Source of the DNA: Geosiphon pyriformis uo1
Lineage: Eukaryota > Fungi > Glomeromycota
Reading direction: 5' to 3'
DNA: 40,412 nucleotides
NCBI GenBank assembly: GCA_016748015.1
Contig: JAAOMT010000742.1
Location: forward strand, 1-40,412
The position numbers and the translations under genes were made by a program. Under the pieces are notes generated by a model, which did no database searches, was not told the origin of the DNA, and was given only the letters and a program-made list of their open reading frames with translations. Below are positions 23,101 through 34,460 of the stretch, piece by piece (position 1 is the stretch's first letter; each line of letters opens with the position of its first letter).

Positions 23101-24864
23101 TCAATTAGTGCAATTGGTTGAGTATTTGTAAGAACTCCTTTCCAGTTATAAGGTTTAGGAATCATAGACATCTAGGCTTTCTTTCAAGGACCCGGAACAG
23201 ATTCACAAATCAAACAAGAGTTCAAAAGCACCAAAAGCAAATTCAGAACAGATCTGTTACAATGTTTTCATAGCTCATTTGTAATACCAGAAAGGCCAGC
23301 AGCTTTATTATCAGGCAAATTCAAAACCACACCAAGAAATTCATTCATCTCAATTGAGTACATAACATTCGAAAAGACATCATCAAAGACATACTCCAAG
23401 GGTCAAAATTGGTGAGACCATTCATCCAAAACGTCATTAACCATCACACACTTTCTGGTTCAGTTCTCCATTATCTTATCAACATGAAATTTAACCAAAC
23501 CAGGCTCCAAAATAATGTCTTTATTTACAACTAGATGGTCCAATATAACTTTGCAAAATGGCTGCTTAAGTACACTTCTAATAGTTTGGCCCTTATTTAA
23601 CTTAAAGTTTTCTATTCTTTTGTCAATTGCCAGTTTGATTTGAGAGTTTTTAGCATGTTTCAATTCCATCATCTTAAGGGAATGATAAGACTTTCTAACT
23701 TTTGCCAAAGCTGATTTAATAACATCAAAATGAGACTCTAAAAAAAAAAAGATTTGATAACAGAAGCATTGACAGAGTCCAAAGACACCCAAACATTTAA
23801 AAAGGAGACAAACTCATCAGATAACATAGAACATGAGGCTTTTACTAACTTAAAAACCAAAAGTTTCAATCTATAATAGTAAAAAAAACTCTTAGTAAAG
23901 CCACCATCAAAATTCTTAAACCAGGTTTTTGAAAAACTTCACTTGCCAAAAAACAAATGGCTTTGTGAACAACACTCTACATGCCATCCAGGTCAAATGA
24001 ACAATGAAAATCTGCAAACTTATCAAAAAACATAGCAAAATTATCACAAGATGCAGTCCTATACTGCTCTTATTTAACTCTGTCAACATTTTTGACATTA
24101 AATTTTCACTTGTCTTTATTGGCTTGAACACAAATAGCCCTCAAGACAGGATTCAAAATTTTATCAAGACCAATTGTGATTTGAACAGAACTATGATCAG
24201 TGCTGAAAAACTCATCCACATCCACAACTTGCCCATTTACTAAAATATTACTTAAACTTTATAAAACAAAAATGTAGTCAATGGTTCTTTCAACACCTCT
24301 GGAGTTTTTCCAAGTAGAAGCCTTAATGTAAGGACTATTAACTAATGTATTGACTAAACTTAGATCCAAACACTTACTAAAGCTAGAGCTATGTTTGTTC
24401 TCATTTTCATTGAAATTACTACTTAATATGACAAAAGTACTTTTATTACAAGCTCTGGCTACAAAAAAATTAACGAGACCAGCCTAAATTATATGCTTTT
24501 CCAGAGAAGCCTCTACATATAAACCCAACACAAAAACAGATTGTTTGTTTTTGAATAGCAGACAAACCATCAAAAGTCTATTTGGAATCTCAGAAATTTT
24601 AGAAACATGTCTGGCTAAATTTTCATTCATAATCAAAGTGATGCCCACACCTAAAAATTCAGCATCCAGACCTGAAATAAACACTCTCACACCAGGAAAC
24701 TTACTCACAATCCAAGACTTGACACTAAAATGAAGCTTAGTCTTAGTAACTATTAAAATGTCATTATTCAAAATCATGTGTCATCTAATAATATCATCCT
24801 GCTTAGCACAAACATTCATATCTTTAAAATTACAAGTAACAATTCTCTAGACTAAACTACTCAT
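20178..24864 (-). pseudogene. LINE ORF2 (APE endonuclease-RT-RNase H-Cys motif), disrupted
   Basis: MSSLV*RIVTCN..KQDDII (APE start); IPK..TQPIALIE..KI, GTTTQSPI and LQNMRKVYDSV (RT); AFVNNTI (YADD-equivalent FVDD mutated, 22551-22556); LAELQAI..FSDSQAAL..KVKEH..NNQAD (RNase H); CLYCGNIEVSDHVFFC. Confidence 0.9.
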
Positions 24865-26700
24865 TGGGGAAGAGAAAAAATTACCACACCACTACAAAAA
24901 CCAAAAGAGTTTAACTTATTTATTATTGCTTTAACCAAATTCTTTAAAACCACCAGGTTAGTCTTCAAGCCATCTACTTTTGTAGTTAAAACTTAAGAAC
25001 CACTCAGAAAAATGCTTTAGGAGTTGGCAGCAACCACATGAAACATAGAAGGAACAAATGATGAAACATCAACAGTCATGTCCAGCACCAGGTTATATTT
25101 AAGAATAGGCAAAACAATAAAACTTGCAAATGAAACAGCCAGCAATTTGTTTAGCTTACATAAAATGTTGGCTATCTGGTCAAACACATTCTCAAGTGAA
25201 TGCTTGAGGACACTAACATGTGAAGCTAGAATTATAACCATGAGCATCAAACTATTAACTAATCTTATGCCCAAATTGGTCTCAACAAATAGTGTAAAAG
25301 ACAAATTTTTAGGACACAAAAGCCCAAGTTACACCACTAAAGGAGACTGAATAAGACATAGATGTCTGCTTTTTGGCATAGATAAGCACAAGATGTCTCT
25401 TATCTGAATCAGAACAAAGAAATCTTTTTTTAGAACTCTGCCCAATGTTTTTCTTACCACTGTCACATTTAGAAGAAACATGACCAAAATTACCACATGT
25501 AATACACTTAGGAGAAGACAAACCAGTCCAGACAAGATTGACACCCTTAAACACTGATGTAAAGTAAATAACAGTCTCTTTGGCATCATCAGAATCAAAA
25601 CATACAACAGCACAGCAGACTTGTATATAAGACACTGAGTTCCTAGAAATGTAGCAAGTCTTCTCACCATATGACCAGACCAAATCCAAAAGATTGTAGA
25701 CAGTTATGCCTATTAGCAGAGTATATAGGAGAGCATGATAGCTGTTCCTTAAATTCCACATTTGTTTGTCAACATTAGCTTTGACAATACATGCCGAGTT
25801 TTTATCCAGTAAAATTGACCATTTGGACACAACTAGATCAGCAACCTGAGAACTTTCAAACTTCACCAGTGCTTTCTGCCAGAGGCCAATCAGCTGTATT
25901 TTGATTGAAAAAATTTTCCCATACTTAACCAAAGCTAACTTAATTGCCAATTTGGGCAGATTAACCAGAATCTCTTTAATAACAATTTCCCAATCCGATC
26001 ATATGCTGATCTTCTTTAGATCAGCATTAACAACAAAATTCTCAGACACAGCCAATTGTTTAGCCAAGGTAAGACTGAAATCAGATGTAAAAAACATCCT
26101 AATGATGCCTGGAAATTTTGATGGAGTCAATACACCCCCAAAACCATCAATTTTGTAGAATAGCTTTCTGACACTCTTGAGTTTGTTATGTAGAATACTT
26201 CCAGGAACAGTTGACAGACTAATGTCAAGTGCAAAAGATTTGGTTGGTTCAAAACAGAGTTTTTTTTTGACAGAAGCAACTGGACAAAAAGAGGATTCCA
26301 AAAAAATAGAGAGAGGTAAGCTCATGTCAATGTCATTAACAACAGAGCCAAAATTACAGAGACTCAGAAATAAAGCCTTTACTGTATCAGAGTTGAAGCA
26401 TTTTGTCTTTGGGGTGTTGGTACAAGAATCTAACATCTTATCACTCTTATTGTCAATATCATAGTCCATGTTTTTGCTCATCTCGTATCCCAACTTTTCA
26501 TCAGAAGAGGTATTCATATTCTTGTACCAACCAGAATTGCTTGCAGATAATTTGAAAGACAAATCAGTTTTGTCACTCAAGTATTTAACTTTACCAAGCA
26601 AAATCTTTGATTTTTGTCTTAGACTTCTATTTACAGAGCTCGTAACAGCACTTCTGGCTGATTTTTTTGTGGACATAGCATTGACAGCATCAGATGCCAA
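24861..26700 (-). pseudogene. LINE ORF1 (RRM-like domains + CCHC zinc knuckle), disrupted
   Basis: ORF pieces 25999-26700, 25309-25950 (CITCGNFGHVSSKC) and 25017-25319; internal stops and a frameshift near 25320; terminal TGA overlaps the ORF2 ATG. Confidence 0.85.
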
Positions 26701-28238
26701 AGAAACAATGAAAGAATTATTGAGTTAAAAAATTGTGAAAACCAAGCAAAAATAAAAAATAAGAACAGATATATAAAAAAAACAAAACAAAAAACTTCTT
26801 CAATAAATGCACTATTTTAGGAATTTGGGACAAAGGAGAGAAAGAAATTTTTTATATTTTTAACAAGATTATATTAAATATTAATTATAAAAAATTGTAT
26901 AATATAATTAAAAATTTGCTAGATAGCAAAACTATTAAATTGTTTAATTTTAAAAAATATTCTAACTCAATTTTGATTTTTACATTTGGTTTAATAATAA
27001 CAAAACATTAAAAAATTTGAAAACTTTAATTGGTTTTATAAGATATGTAAAATATTTATTGAATTTTTTGAAAATATTTACAATAATTATGTAAATAAAA
27101 TAATAATAAATTTTAATTTAATTAATAATTATATAATAAATAATAGTTTAAATTAAAATAAAGTTTTCTTAGCTTTTAAAGAATTTTTATGATTTTTTTT
27201 GTTTAAGGTAAAAAAACATAACTATTTATATAATTATAAAATAAATTTTAAGTTTATTATTAAAACTGATAAAATTAAAATACAAACTAGTTTGATTTTA
27301 TACTTAATAGTTAAATATTTAGATATTTAAGTATTTATTTATTAATAAATAATTTATTTAAATTTAGTATAATTAAAGTATATTTTAATATTAAATTTTT
27401 TGTCAATATAATATTAAAAAAAATTCAATAAATAAGATATATTAATTAAGAAAAATTTAAAATTTAAAGCAAATTTATCAATAAATTTTTTTTATAAGTT
27501 ATTTTTTATTTGTTACTTTATAATTTTAAATTTTTCAACCAAATTTAAGCAAAAAAAAATGATAATAATACTAATTTTTAGCAAATTATTCAAGTATTGT
27601 TTCTTGAATGTGCATATTTTGGCTTAAATATTTAAAAATCTGATTAGTTTTTTATAAAACTACATATGAATTTTGTGAATAAATTTTAATTAATATGATT
27701 AAAATTTTTTTAACTGTAATATGTCTCTTAAAAACAGTTTATTTAATATATTTTAGTTTATTAATAATATTTTTATATTTAAAATTTTAAAAAAATTTTT
27801 TTTTGCAAAATAATATTTTTATTAAAATAATTTAAAATAATATATATTAATTATATGTTAACAGATACAGTTATTATTTTGATTAAAAAATCTTTTGTCA
27901 TTAAAAAAAATTAAATTTAAAGAATTTAATATTTTAATATTTAGTTTAACAATTAATTTTATTAATAATAGATATTTTTATAATATTAATTTTAAATTGT
28001 TTTATATTTTTTTAAATAATATATACAAGTTAAATAGATTTATTGTTATATATAATAGTTTTTATAAAGTAAATTTAAAAGTAATAAATGTTTTTATAAA
28101 TAATTTATTAAAAAAATTAGGGTTTTTTGTTATTTTAATAGTTTTATACATATTTTATAAACTTGAATTTAAGATAAAAATCAAAATATATAAGTTAATT
28201 TTTTTATATTGGCTTAATTTTAGTAATTATTTTGGGGG

Positions 28239-28990
28239 TTTTTTTTTATTAACATTTAACGAGTGAGGCCCAAAAGTCATCTAGTGCAATACATCAAACT
28301 AAGTGATCTAAACTAAGCACTAATCATGCATTTTCTACACATGACCAGCCACTCAGACCAATCAAAGCAACACTACAAATCTATCAAAACAGAAACTATA
28401 CCATCTATACCAGAAAAAAAACAGCAATGTCTATGAAAACCAAAACAGATACCAATAGCCTCAGCTATCCCAAGCAACCTAATCACTCCAGCAAAAAACT
28501 TACATGACAAACTACAAGTCACAGAATACACAAAACCATCAAGTGGAATTAAACTGCTCTTTTTCATCAAAGCCTTATATTTAGCTCTAACCAACCAAAT
28601 GTTCATGTGGTGAGCAGCACCCAATTCTTAAACAAAATTAACAATAAACTTTTCTGCAATCTTGGCATCTTCCAAAACAGATAAAGCTTCTTGAACCCAA
28701 TCTTTGAACACAAAGCCTTTGTTCACAGTAGTATACAACATATCATCAGAGATGTACAAAGAGAGCATCTGGAAGACATGAGATGACTGTAAATCCAATT
28801 CAGAAACACAATGCCACTTGGTCAGATAAGACCTAAGAATACTATTATGAGCATTAGAATCAAACGTACAAACAAAGAAGTGGTTGGAACTTTTCACTTC
28901 ATCACAGTACAAACATGAAACACTTGAGTAGACTTTACTATACAAACGCTTTTGTATAATAACTAGGAGACGATGGTGAAGAGCCTTAAA
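28239..28990 (-). mobile_element. 5'-truncated LINE copy (ORF2 C-terminal Cys region + 3' motif + poly-A)
   Basis: KALHHRL..KRLY..CLYCDEVKSSNHFFVC..GFVFKDW..IWLVR..FFSGIDGIVSVLIDL*, homologous to 20178-20800; 3' end GGGCCTCACTCGTTAAATGTTAATAAAAAAAAA. Confidence 0.9.
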
Positions 28991-29759
28991 AAATTTTGGT
29001 TTTAGAATGTATTTTATTGTTTAATAAAATAATTATGTATTTAAATTAATATTTTTTAATTTTTAATATTAATATTGATTTAAAAAATAATTATTTAATT
29101 ATTTAATATAATATTTTAATTTGTATTTAATAATAATTTTATAAGTAAATATATATTTAAATTATATATATATATAATAAAAACAATTTATAAAAAATTG
29201 TTAATAATAATTAAAAAAAAATTATATAATAAATTTTAAAGAATTGCTAAATTAACTTACTTATAATATGTAATATTAATATATTTAATTTTTTATTATG
29301 TTTTTATATATAATTAAATATAAAATTATAATATAAATGATATTATGTATTATAAATAAATTAATTTAGCAAAAAAAATAAATCAATTTAGCAATTTTCA
29401 AATTTTATTTTAATGTTGTATATTTACTATAATAAAATTAAATTTTCAAATTATATGTTTATGTAGATTAATAATACAAATATTTAATTAAAATTGTTTG
29501 ATATTTAAATAAATATATAAATTTTTTTATTAGTTATTATATTATATTTTTTTAATTTTTTAAATATTACTATTTAAAGCTTTTAATAATAGTTTATATA
29601 TAATATTAAGCAAAAAATTTGTTTTTAAAAATTAATATAAAAAAACATATATTGTTTTTAATAATACTAAATTCATAATATTAAAACTAATTAATTTTAT
29701 ATATAAATTGTTTATTAATTATCAAATATAATATATAAAAGTTTTTTATTAATTAATAA

Positions 29760-31988
29760 AAGACAACTCTTTGTCTTCTTAATTTTATGACCATGACCAG
29801 AGCAAAGAGTAAAAAAGCTGCACCTAATATCTGTCCTGAGATATCTAATAAAATTTCAACTAAAAGAGCTCTCTCTATTGTAGAAGCAACTAGACAAAAT
29901 GTTTTAAAAGCCTTTTTCTTACCCAGTAATAATGATAAGCTGCCTTTGGTAGCCACTGAAACAACTTCTTTATCTTTGGCTGGTTTCTCACCAGTCAAAG
30001 TTCCCTCAAAGAGACACACCTGGATTAGCCCCAGTGTTGTCTCCACCCCAACCAAAAGCCCAAAAGTTTTTAATAATAGACCAGTAAATAAGCTGGTATT
30101 TCCCTCTATAGCTTCAACATCTGGTGCTGTTAGCACTTCTTCTTCAAAAAAAATGGTCAAAAAGACCAAAAGTTCAAAAAAGTGGGGGCAGTCGCTTGCC
30201 TTTGCTATTGTTACACCGAACCCCTTTGTGGTTCCCAATGAGATCTTAGATAAGATCTCCATAGCATTATCTAGCATGTCATCCAAAATGGGCCAAGATC
30301 AACCACTGGCTGTGTTGCCAAATGTGGTGTTTTCTGGCAGATCATCGCTGGTTTTAGAAGCAAAACAATCTTCTCCTGTTGGGTCATCTGTTTTTGGAAA
30401 CTGGGCTGATTAGATGGAAACTGATTCATCTCCTTTTCTAGTTTCTGGTACTACTTCTAATGGTGCTTGGGAAACTATTACTAGTTGTCAAAGGTTTGCT
30501 GGGTGGGTGGCCTCCACTCTGGTGCTTGGTGCTACTTTTAAGATCAAATTGGCTCATGTTAAGACTGTTTTTCAGTCTGTGCATGGTTTCTTGGGTGCTA
30601 AATCTGTTTCAAAAGACAATGTAAAGCTTTTCTGTATGGAGTTTGCTTCTCAACTGTCTTTGGAAGCTATATTTCTAGTTGAGCTTACAAGCTCTGTTCA
30701 TTTGACCACTTTTAAAATTGCCAAGTCTTTGGTGGTTTCTAAATCTGGCTTCTCTCCTGCTGCTGTTGTGCTGTGTGATGTACCTCTGGGTGTGTCTGCT
30801 GCTGACGTTAAGTTGGCTTTCAGTGTGTTTAGTAGTGTTACTCGTGTTGTGCTAAAGCCTGCTGGCATTTGGCAGTATGTGGTGGTTTATTTTGAAAAGT
30901 TGGACTCTGCTGTGTCTGCTTTGAAGCATTGGTCAGTCTTAATGGACAAGGATAGTATTAGAATCCTCTCTCTGGTGAATCAAAATGAGACTATTTTGTC
31001 TTATGATAAGTTTAAGGCCAAATTGGTCAACCTTCCTCCTGGCTGTACCACCTTTGAGATTAGTAATATGATTTCTCAGATTGGTGGTCGAACATGTTTC
31101 ATCCCTCATTTTTCTGATTCTGGTCGTTGTTCCTGGTTTGCTTTGATTACATTTGCCTCTCAAGGCAATTTGGATTTTGCTGTAGTCAAGACTGGTATTC
31201 TAAGAAAATGCCGTATCTGGTGGGAAACTCCTGGCTGCTGGCACTGCTTTAGGTGTCAAGAAATGGGCCATCTGGCTGTGGATTACAAGATTTCCCCATC
31301 TCCTACTTCCAAGATTCTCAAGGTTTTCAAGTCTCGTTTTGTAGGTGGTGTTTCTTATGCAAAAGCTTCTGCTTTTTTGGATTTTTTTGAGTTTTTTTCC
31401 TTGGTGGCTTCTACTTCCCTTTCTATGGTTGTTGGTGATTCCTTAGTGTCTTTCCAGTTGGCTTCTTTGGAATCTGATTTGGTCAAGCTTTCTACTTTGG
31501 TTGAGTCTATTGTTAAACCAGTTGGTTCCTTGGTCAAATAGTTTGAGCAATTTGTTAATGGAAATTTGGTCTCAAGCAGTAAACTTGGCCTTAAAGTCAA
31601 TGAGATTATGGTACATATGGGTTCTTTTAATAAGATTGTTGGTAAGTTGGGAAGGGAAGTGGTTTTTTTAAAAAAAGAATGCTGCATGGAGGATATTAAT
31701 ATGTCTGATAATTCAAAACATCCAGTTGGTTTGGATGATGAGGTGTTTTCTAACTTGTTGTCTCTTTGGGAACATGAGCCTATTGATGTTAAAGCTGATG
31801 TCTCAAAAACAGCTGAATGGCTGGTTAGATTGGTTCCTTGTAGTGTGACTCTGTTTTTTGTTATTCAAAAAATGTTATTTTTGGGTAAGTTTTCTTCTGG
31901 TGCATCAACGTAGTATAGCCTGCACTGGCTCGAGTAGTTGGTTATATGTAGAAAATGCGTGAACTACATCTAAATTAAGACCTTATAT
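29760..31988 (+). mobile_element. ORF1-only (half-LINE-like) non-autonomous non-LTR element; 3' UTR interrupted by an LTR insertion
   Basis: The ORF1 stop TAG (31911) is immediately followed by the LINE 3' motif (TAGTATAGCC..CGAGTAGTTGGTTATATGTAGAAAATGCGTG). No APE/RT sequence is present. Confidence 0.75.
29787..31913 (+). pseudogene. LINE-type ORF1 (Ser/Lys-rich N-terminus, RRM-like domains, CCHC knuckle, coiled-coil-like C-terminus), 709 codons with two in-frame stops
   Basis: ORFs 29787-30413, 30414-31541 and 31566-31913 share one frame. VVLCDVPLG..WQYVVVYF..WSVLMDKDSIR..AKLVNLPPG..GGRTCFIP parallels the LINE ORF1 at 25309-25950. CFRCQEMGHLAVDY is a CCHC knuckle with the last Cys changed to Tyr (TGC>TAC inferred). 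Confidence 0.85.
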
Positions 31989-32676
31989 TGTTACCGGAGG
32001 TTTTTGGTTTTTTTTCTTCAATGTTGTTGATGCCTGTTTGCTGTGAATTCACGTTTTCTGGATGTGGTTGAACCTCCAGTAACTGAATTTATCTTCAAAT
32101 TATCTCCTATAATTTGAACTGCTGGACTTATAAGTGGAATAGCCAATTCCTTGCCAGTTGTTTTTATGTAGTTACGTTGTAGTAAATGTCAACTCTTTCC
32201 CAGGAATTGCTTGTCTGGAAGCTCACTAAAAATGTGTAGTTACTTTGCTGTGAAAGTCAACTTTTCTACAGGAATTTTTGTCTGTAGACTACTCTAATGA
32301 TTATGATAATAAAAGAAAAAAAAAGAAAAGAAAAATAAAAGAAATGTAAAAGAAATAGAATTCTGTCAAGAGAAATGTTTTCTATCTAGGCCTGGAATCA
32401 CTAACAGTTTACTGAAATTGGTAGCTAATCAATTTCGAAATGTTAGTTGGATTTTGGGGATTTTCTAAGTGCAATAATTAAAGAATTTGGTTTTTCGAAT
32501 TATTTGATATTTATTTCTTTTTGTGTGTGTAGGAATGGTTTTAAGTGATAAATCTAAAGTAAGATACATTTTTTGAAGAAAGAAGCTCCTCTTTTATACA
32601 ACTTGTTGTAACACTATTCTATGAACTTGAACTTTGCTCTTTTCTATAATTTTGCTGAATTAAAAATATATTTCAG
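31989..32676 (-). mobile_element. Partial LTR (copy A, 688 bp) of the same Gypsy family, lacking the U3-side ~290 bp
   Basis: Starts TGTTACCGGA and aligns with 32677-33353, differing mostly by transitions. Confidence 0.92.
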
Positions 32677-33267
32677 TGTTACCAGAGGTTTTTGGTCTCT
32701 TTTCTGTAATGTTGTTGATACTTATTTGCTGTGAATTCACGTTTTTTGGATGTGGTTGAGCCTCCAGTAACTGAATTTATCTTCAAATTATCTCCTATAA
32801 TTTGAACTTGCTGGGCTTATGAGTGGAATGGCCAATTCCGTGCCAGTTGCTTTATGTAGTTATGTTGTAGTAAACATCAACTCTTTCCCAGAAATTGCTC
32901 GTCTGGAAGCTTACTAAAAATGTGTAGTTACTTTGCTGTGAAAGTCAACTCTTCTACAAGAATCTCGTCTGTAGGCTACCCTAATGATTGTAATAAGAAA
33001 AGAAAGAAAAATAAAAGAAGTGTAAAAGAAATAGGATCTTATCAAGGGAAACGTTTTCTATTCAGGCCTGGAGTCACTAACAGTTTACTGAAATTGGTAG
33101 CTAATCAATTTCGAAATGTTAGTTGGGTTTTGGGAATTTTCCAAATACAATAATTAAAGAATTTGGTTTTTCGAATTATTTGATATTTATTTCTTTTTGT
33201 GTGTATAGGAACGGTTTTAAAAGATAAATCTAAAGTAAGATACATTTTCTCGAAGAGAGAAGCTCTT

Positions 33268-33275
33268 CTTTTATA
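33268..33275 (-). promoter_or_regulatory. Putative LTR TATA box (TATAAAAG)
   Basis: Lies downstream of the U3 repeat array and upstream of AATAAA (~33186-33191) in element orientation; also present in LTR A. Confidence 0.55.
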
Positions 33276-33325
33276 CAACTTGTTGTAACATTATTTTATG
33301 AACTTGAACTTTGCTATTTTCTACA

Positions 33326-33440
33326 ATTTTGCTGAACTAAAGATACATTTCAGCAAACTACAAGTTATTTTGGCGAACTATTAGATATTTCGGTGAACTA
33401 TCAATTATTTTAGCAAATTTCTACAAATTTCGGCAAACTT
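33326..33440. repeat. ~20-bp-period array (6 units), consensus ATTTCGGCGAACTA, in LTR U3
   Basis: Units attttgctgaacta, atttcagcaaacta, attttggcgaacta, atttcggtgaacta, attttagcaaattt, atttcggcaaactt. Confidence 0.85.
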
Positions 33441-33623
33441 CTGAATGTTACATAGTTTGGGGTATTGCATGATTGATTATCGCAATTAGGTTACATTTGT
33501 GTTGTGTACAATTTGAGTTATTAATTAAATAATAATTTCGGACATTTTTGCTAATGTGATAAGTGATCATTTGAAACAATAATATATGCTAATTAATGAT
33601 AGGAATTATAAGATAATTTCATG

Positions 33624-34343
33624 TTAAATAATATCTCTAATTTTGTCTGGTAACATAACCTCCTCCTCAAGACTAAGTTCCATCAAAGTCCAAGTACTGT
33701 CTGTTATTTCTAGATAATAATCCAAAATTATTGAAGAAATTTGGTCTGAAAATTGTTGAAATTTCAGTTCTGTGAGCTTTCCAATGTATTGAATCTTCAA
33801 AGGTTAAAAAATTGGGTTTTGTAGTACGTGTTCACAGGTGTAAAATAGGTTATAAAGTCTAAGGGCAGCTCTAAGCCTGTAGTGACTGTTTGTTGATCCA
33901 GCTGTTGTCTTGAATTCGTTGTGGAGTTGTTTCTGAATAGCTTCTTTTGTGAAGTTTGCTGTTGTAAGTTCCAGTTTCCGTTTGTAGAGTGTTCTTTCAA
34001 TGTGAAAATATCTATAGATTGGAGGATATTCAGTGTTTTCCTCATTGAGACACAGTTGAAGTTTTTGTTGAATTGTAGCATTTGGTGGAATACTAATTGG
34101 AGTGAGCATTAGGTTTTCTCTTAAAGCAAGCTTTAAAAGTTCTGGCAGATGAATTCCAGTATAACTTCTTATGTTCTTTTTATATGGGTGATATTTTCGT
34201 GAGTTTGAGGCTAAATTTGTAACTACTTCTGTTTGGGTATAATTAATGTGGTTTCCAGTAACAGTAATAGATAATTCGGGTATTGTTTTTAAAGCTAACA
34301 TTAGTTTTTGGGATAATTGTTGAATGTTTTGAGGAATAGTCAT
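33624..34343 (-). pseudogene. Accessory ORF3 of the Gypsy element (~239 aa, unknown function), one premature stop at 33804
   Basis: ATG at 34343; reading through TAA 33804 continues in frame (PLKIQYIGKLTELKFQQF...SLEEEVMLPDKIRDII*) across the PPT into the LTR. Confidence 0.65.
33659..33668 (-). promoter_or_regulatory. Polypurine tract (GAGGAGGAGG)
   Basis: 3 nt upstream of the 3' LTR start on the minus strand. Confidence 0.85.
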
Positions 34344-34460
34344 TATAAGCAATTAAAAAAAAATAAAAATTATTTTTGGTGTATGGGTTTTTATGTTATT
34401 TTTGTTTTTGTTTTTGTGAGATTGTTTCTAAATTATAAGAGAATGACTAGTAAAATTAAA

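Larger units (their letters stand above)
20037..26850 (-). mobile_element. Near full-length (~6.8 kb) non-LTR retrotransposon (LINE), inactivated
   Basis: ORF1 with RRM-like segments and CCHC knuckle; ORF2 with APE, RT, RNase H and C-terminal Cys motif; conserved 3' motif, AATAAA and A-rich tail. Confidence 0.93.
32677..33655 (-). mobile_element. Complete 3' LTR (copy B, 979 bp)
   Basis: TG...CA ends with a 10-bp terminal inverted repeat TGTTACCAGA/TCTGGTAACA; polypurine tract adjacent. Confidence 0.93.

Noticed and set aside
27895-28266. 123-aa F/I/N/K/L/Y-rich ORF resembling a mitochondrial membrane protein
   Set aside because: Composition follows from extreme AT content; TTG start and no conserved motif.
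28225-29005. Possible TSD (attttgg) around the truncated LINE
   Set aside because: Not flush with both junctions and low complexity.
29753-30286. 177-aa antisense ORF and other antisense ORFs across the TEs
   Set aside because: Shadows of the sense coding frames with no independent motifs.
32855-32976. CAGACGAG...GAA resembling a hammerhead ribozyme core
   Set aside because: The core would need CUGANGA and GAAA with the correct stem topology; both units have CAGA and a different arrangement.
33326-33440. Repeat-spacer pattern resembling a mini-CRISPR
   Set aside because: 14-bp degenerate repeats with ~6-bp spacers inside a eukaryotic LTR; no cas genes.
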